64,000 bases of DNA from a virus (taxonomy: Duplodnaviria > Heunggongvirae > Uroviricota > Caudoviricetes), in IMG/VR virus record IMGVR_UViG_3300027777_000022; one strand, 5' to 3'. Position 1 is the first letter of the stretch; every line of letters starts with the position of its first letter. Shown here one piece after another: positions 61,040-64,000 of the stretch. The notes below the pieces were generated by a model. That model saw only the letters and a list, made by a program, of their open reading frames with translations, made no database searches and was not told where the DNA came from. The translations under genes were made by a program, and so were the position numbers.

Positions 61040-61068
61040 ATTATACCCGATCTGCCAATACCGGTCAA
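61040..61068 (-). promoter_or_regulatory. Early sigma70-type promoter B
   Basis: TTGACC-N17-TATAAT. Confidence 0.85.
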
Positions 61069-61097
61069 CCAAAAAAAGTGTGGGTTTTTTGCAACAT

Positions 61098-61382
61098 TTA
61101 TAGGTATTTTAGCTGGAACCAAGTGAGTGCAGCTTCGTTAAAAAAGTCCAAGTGAACCTGCTTTACACAGCGATGTCTTTGCACTACGGAACCTGGCGGA
61201 ACAAACTGAACCCATTCTTCATGTTGCCTCACAGTGAATCCCAATTCACGTTTCAATACCCAACTCACAACAATACTGGCACTGTTGTCGGCCAGTATCT
61301 TTTGCCAAACAAGATCCCAATGCGCAGGTGAGCAAAAGATAATGAGATTCTTTTTGACAATTACTTTATGTTTCTCGGACAT
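61098..61382 (-). CDS. Small hypothetical protein (94 aa)
   Basis: ORF track; ends FFNEAALTWFQLKYL. Confidence 0.7.
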   Translation of the reverse strand: MSEKHKVIVKKNLIIFCSPAHWDLVWQKILADNSASIVVSWVLKRELGFTVRQHEEWVQFVPPGSVVQRHRCVKQVHLDFFNEAALTWFQLKYL

Positions 61383-61689
61383 GAGCCAATTGAAACCACG
61401 CTAGTTCTTTGTCGGATGCAACATAGATACGATAATCACGATATTCAGTTTGATATGCCCAATGTGGATTAGATTCAGGAGGATCATTGGTTGCTTTGGA
61501 TTGCTTGTTCATTACCACCTGTAGCTCAGCTTCTTGTGCCCAACCGTATGTTTGATTGAACCAACGTCGAGCTCGGTCAAAGTCCAATGCACCAGTGCCG
61601 CCTATTGGACTGGTGCTGAATCGGACCATGAATTGATATCTGGTGCGATGATTGTGTCGATAATCTAGTTTGGAAATTTCATAACGCAT
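61366..61689 (-). CDS. Small hypothetical protein (107 aa)
   Basis: ORF track; ends IYVASDKELAWFQLAHVRET. Confidence 0.7.
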   Translation of the reverse strand: MRYEISKLDYRHNHRTRYQFMVRFSTSPIGGTGALDFDRARRWFNQTYGWAQEAELQVVMNKQSKATNDPPESNPHWAYQTEYRDYRIYVASDKELAWFQLAHVRET

Positions 61690-61697
61690 GATGAAAT

Positions 61698-61717
61698 ATG
61701 GGGACCGTAGTCCCCAT
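61698..61717 (-). terminator. Stable hairpin with cUACGg tetraloop after the MoxR gene
   Basis: ATGGGGAC-TACG-GTCCCCAT on the minus strand; weak T-tail, so possibly an attenuator or RNA stabiliser. Confidence 0.6.
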
Positions 61718-61724
61718 TCCTGTT

Positions 61725-62810
61725 TTAGCCTTGGGCTTGCAACACGTATTTTCCGAACTTGCTGTGGAACTCATCAAAGTGCTTGAGCTTGGTAGGCTTG
61801 AACGGCAAGTTGTATGTGGTCAACGCAATACGCGAACCCATCACAGTCAACTCAGTTTCAAAATTACGCATCATGTAGCTGAGGAAGTTGTCAGCCATGT
61901 CATGAAACTTCTTTTCTTCTACCTTGTTTTCAACAGCAGCCTTGAGCTCGTAGCACATGGAAATAACCAGGCTGTACATGGCACTAATCTCTTTCACGTT
62001 CAAGTCCTTGACCTTGCCATTCAAGATGTCAGCTGGGTCGGGCATACGACCAGACACTTTGCGGTGAGCCATAAACTTCACTGCCAAGCCTTCACCAACA
62101 GTACCTGCTACCAAGTTGGTAAAGGTGTCGTCATCGCCGTCTGCATCATTCAACAGCTCGCTCACAAAGGTCCAGCTGCGCGGTGTAGCGAATGCACGGC
62201 TTGAGCTCTTGGCATCAAAGTCATACAGGTCTTGCTTGGCAAAGCTCAAGTAACCAACCACGTCCTTGTGGATGTTATTGGTCACAGCCCATTCTTGCCA
62301 CGAAGCAAAGTCCACTTTCATTTCTTGGTGAATGAAACGATTTGCCAGCGGAGTGGGCATACGATACGTCACACCTTTGTCGCTTTCGCGATTGCCTGCT
62401 GCAACCATAACAACATTGTCAGGCAGGCGATATTTGCCAATACGACGATTCAAAATCAGCTGATAGGCAGCGGCTTGAACTGAGGCAGCGGCACTGTTGA
62501 GTTCGTCCAAGAACAGTACCACGATAGGATACTGGCTGGCCAGTTCTTCGTCGGGCAGTTCCACAGGAGGCGCCCAATCCATCTTGCCAATTTCTTTGTT
62601 GTAGAAAGGAATACCACGAATGTCAGTGGGTTCCATCTGACCCAACCGCAGATCAATCATGTAACCATTGAGGTCACGGGTGATGTTTTCTACCAGCTCG
62701 CTCTTGCCAATTCCAGGGGGACCCCACAGGAACAAAGGACGCTTGACTTTGAATGCTTTAAGCAGGGATTTATGCGCCTGGCGCGAAGTAACTGTACGTG
62801 AATCTGACAT
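61725..62810 (-). CDS. MoxR-like AAA+ ATPase
   Basis: GPPGIGKS (Walker A), LFLDELN (Walker B), AAGNR, PLANRF, FATPRSW. Confidence 0.93.
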   Translation of the reverse strand: MSDSRTVTSRQAHKSLLKAFKVKRPLFLWGPPGIGKSELVENITRDLNGYMIDLRLGQMEPTDIRGIPFYNKEIGKMDWAPPVELPDEELASQYPIVVLFLDELNSAAASVQAAAYQLILNRRIGKYRLPDNVVMVAAGNRESDKGVTYRMPTPLANRFIHQEMKVDFASWQEWAVTNNIHKDVVGYLSFAKQDLYDFDAKSSSRAFATPRSWTFVSELLNDADGDDDTFTNLVAGTVGEGLAVKFMAHRKVSGRMPDPADILNGKVKDLNVKEISAMYSLVISMCYELKAAVENKVEEKKFHDMADNFLSYMMRNFETELTVMGSRIALTTYNLPFKPTKLKHFDEFHSKFGKYVLQAQG

Positions 62811-62840
62811 GGTCTATACCTTTCTGTTGTTGATGAGTGT

Positions 62841-62869
62841 ATTGTAAGCGATCTTGAATTTCAGGTCAA
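62841..62869 (-). promoter_or_regulatory. Early sigma70-type promoter C
   Basis: TTGACC-N17-TACAAT; -35 contains the upstream TGA stop. Confidence 0.8.
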
Positions 62870-63339
62870 GCAGTTTGTTTGGCCAACTGCTCTTGTAGCA
62901 CGTACAAGGTGTTAGGCAGCATGCCTTCCACGGCATACAAAGCACCGCAGTACCAGACGCCATCTTTCATGATGTAGAAGTATTCGGCACCACAGCCGTC
63001 TACCAGTTCCAGGAACTCGTCGAAGCTTTGGCTCACTCGGAAATCCACGTCCTTCTCGCCGCGATCGCGACCGTAGAAGGTGGTCATGTCACCAAAGTTC
63101 TTGTCCCAAGCTTCGGCTTCGTTGCTGCCGTATGCATTAGGATTGCTGAACTCGTGCTTCTCGCCAATCTCTTTAGCCAGCGAGCTGAGATCGCCCAAGG
63201 CCACAAGGTTATTGGCTTTGGCTGAGTCATAGTGTTTTTGCAGGATCTCGCCATTGCCGCTGAGATAACCATCCCAATGTGCATAAACGCTCTTGCACTT
63301 GTCACCATGCATCACACCAATTCGACTACGTGTACCCAT
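62866..63339 (-). CDS. Phage hypothetical protein (157 aa)
   Basis: MGTRSRIG...SVYAHWDGYLS; TAGGAG RBS. Confidence 0.8.
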   Translation of the reverse strand: MGTRSRIGVMHGDKCKSVYAHWDGYLSGNGEILQKHYDSAKANNLVALGDLSSLAKEIGEKHEFSNPNAYGSNEAEAWDKNFGDMTTFYGRDRGEKDVDFRVSQSFDEFLELVDGCGAEYFYIMKDGVWYCGALYAVEGMLPNTLYVLQEQLAKQTA

Positions 63340-63373
63340 TTTTTACTCCTAGTTTGTTGCTGTCTATGTGTAT

Positions 63374-63402
63374 ATTATAACCGATTTTGCAATACCGGTC
63401 AA
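63374..63402 (-). promoter_or_regulatory. Early sigma70-type promoter D
   Basis: TTGACC-N17-TATAAT, nearly identical to promoter B; -35 contains the upstream TGA stop. Confidence 0.85.
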
Positions 63403-63638
63403 CCGATAACTACCACGCGGCGTGTACCTTCGTAGTCGCCTTCGTCTTCGTACATGTCGCTCTCGTCCAAGAGCTTGTCCATGCCGTGGTATTCACTGCG
63501 CTTGACCAAGCCTTCGAACACTTGGTCCACAGAAGGAGCAACCCGAGTGCGCCAGTGATCACCATAATTGTAGGAGAAGTGTACTTCTGCATCAGGGTTC
63601 ATGTTCGCTAACTCTGCAATGAGATCTTTGACCAGCAT
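63399..63638 (-). CDS. Small hypothetical protein (79 aa)
   Basis: MLVKDLIAELANMNPDAEVHF, a common small-phage-protein start pattern. Confidence 0.75.
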   Translation of the reverse strand: MLVKDLIAELANMNPDAEVHFSYNYGDHWRTRVAPSVDQVFEGLVKRSEYHGMDKLLDESDMYEDEGDYEGTRRVVVIG

Positions 63639-63641
63639 GTT

Positions 63642-63920
63642 TTATTCTCCGTCCTTCATGACATATTCAAACAGGATCCACTTGGCACGATTCAGGATCT
63701 GACGAGCATCCTCGGCTCGCATGTGATCAACTTCACCGTATTCGGTATTGATCATCTCTTGTGCATCGCTCATGAGGCTTGCTGCCATCATAGCAGGACC
63801 AGAGAAACGAAAAGTCATAGACGATTCTACCGATTCACGCATGCCTGCTTCAGTCACGCCGTACATGCGGACTTCGCGTTTTTGTTGCTCGGTAAGTGCT
63901 TGGTAAGTTGCTGTAGACAC
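63642..63920 (-). CDS. Small hypothetical protein (92 aa)
   Basis: GTG at 63920 with AAAGGAG RBS; the longer track start lies inside the promoter. Confidence 0.7.
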   Translation of the reverse strand: MSTATYQALTEQQKREVRMYGVTEAGMRESVESSMTFRFSGPAMMAASLMSDAQEMINTEYGEVDHMRAEDARQILNRAKWILFEYVMKDGE

Positions 63921-63950
63921 TTGGGACTCCTTTTTGCTGAACATGCGTAT

Positions 63951-63979
63951 ATTATAGCCGATTTCACAATTCTGGTCAA
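63951..63979 (-). promoter_or_regulatory. Early sigma70-type promoter E
   Basis: TTGACC-N17-TATAAT with the same flanks as B and D. Confidence 0.85.
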
Positions 63980-64000
63980 CCAAAACACGCCTTAAAAACC

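Noticed and set aside
59442-62204. Long plus-strand ORFs (59442..60191, 60327..61019, 61698..62204)
   Set aside because: Antisense shadows of the GC-richer vWA and MoxR genes, with no motifs, RBS or promoter support
1-64000. Stop-codon reassignment (alternative genetic code)
   Set aside because: Standard-code ORFs tile the window densely, with TAA/TGA stops coupled to downstream starts
1-64000. tRNA, rRNA or structured ncRNA genes
   Set aside because: Intergenic gaps are short and explained by promoters/terminators; no cloverleaf or T-loop signature seen by eye (tRNAscan/Infernal not run)

Overview
A 64-kb segment of a large T4-like (myovirus-type) dsDNA bacteriophage, standard genetic code. 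No tRNA, rRNA, CRISPR array, integrase/transposase, intein or reverse transcriptase was seen. Four blocks: (1) 1-3.5 kb, minus strand: gp46/gp47-like recombination nuclease genes and a gp55-like late sigma factor, with an accessory gene and gene relics between gp47 and gp46. (2) 3.5-32.7 kb, plus strand: late baseplate/tail operon (tail-tube-cap-like, gp53, hub, gp5, gp25, gp6, a 4724-aa giant virion protein, a chaperone-tailed fibre) behind TAAATA late promoters. (3) 32.7-56.8 kb: a ~24-kb sugar synthesis/modification island with about 8 glycosyltransferase-like genes, five clustered N-terminal-SPASM/twitch radical SAM genes, an O-carbamoyltransferase, an SDR, a cytidylyltransferase-like gene, and a DesII-type radical SAM sugar deaminase flanked by two DegT-family aminotransferases (desosamine-like deoxy-aminosugar route). 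(4) 56.8-64 kb, minus strand: thyX, a MoxR AAA+/vWA-metallopeptidase pair and small genes behind a family of strong sigma70-type early promoters. The best candidate for an undescribed system is the phage-borne DesII/aminotransferase module in the multi-radical-SAM glycan island. All family calls come from motif recognition by eye and from memory; no database search was run.
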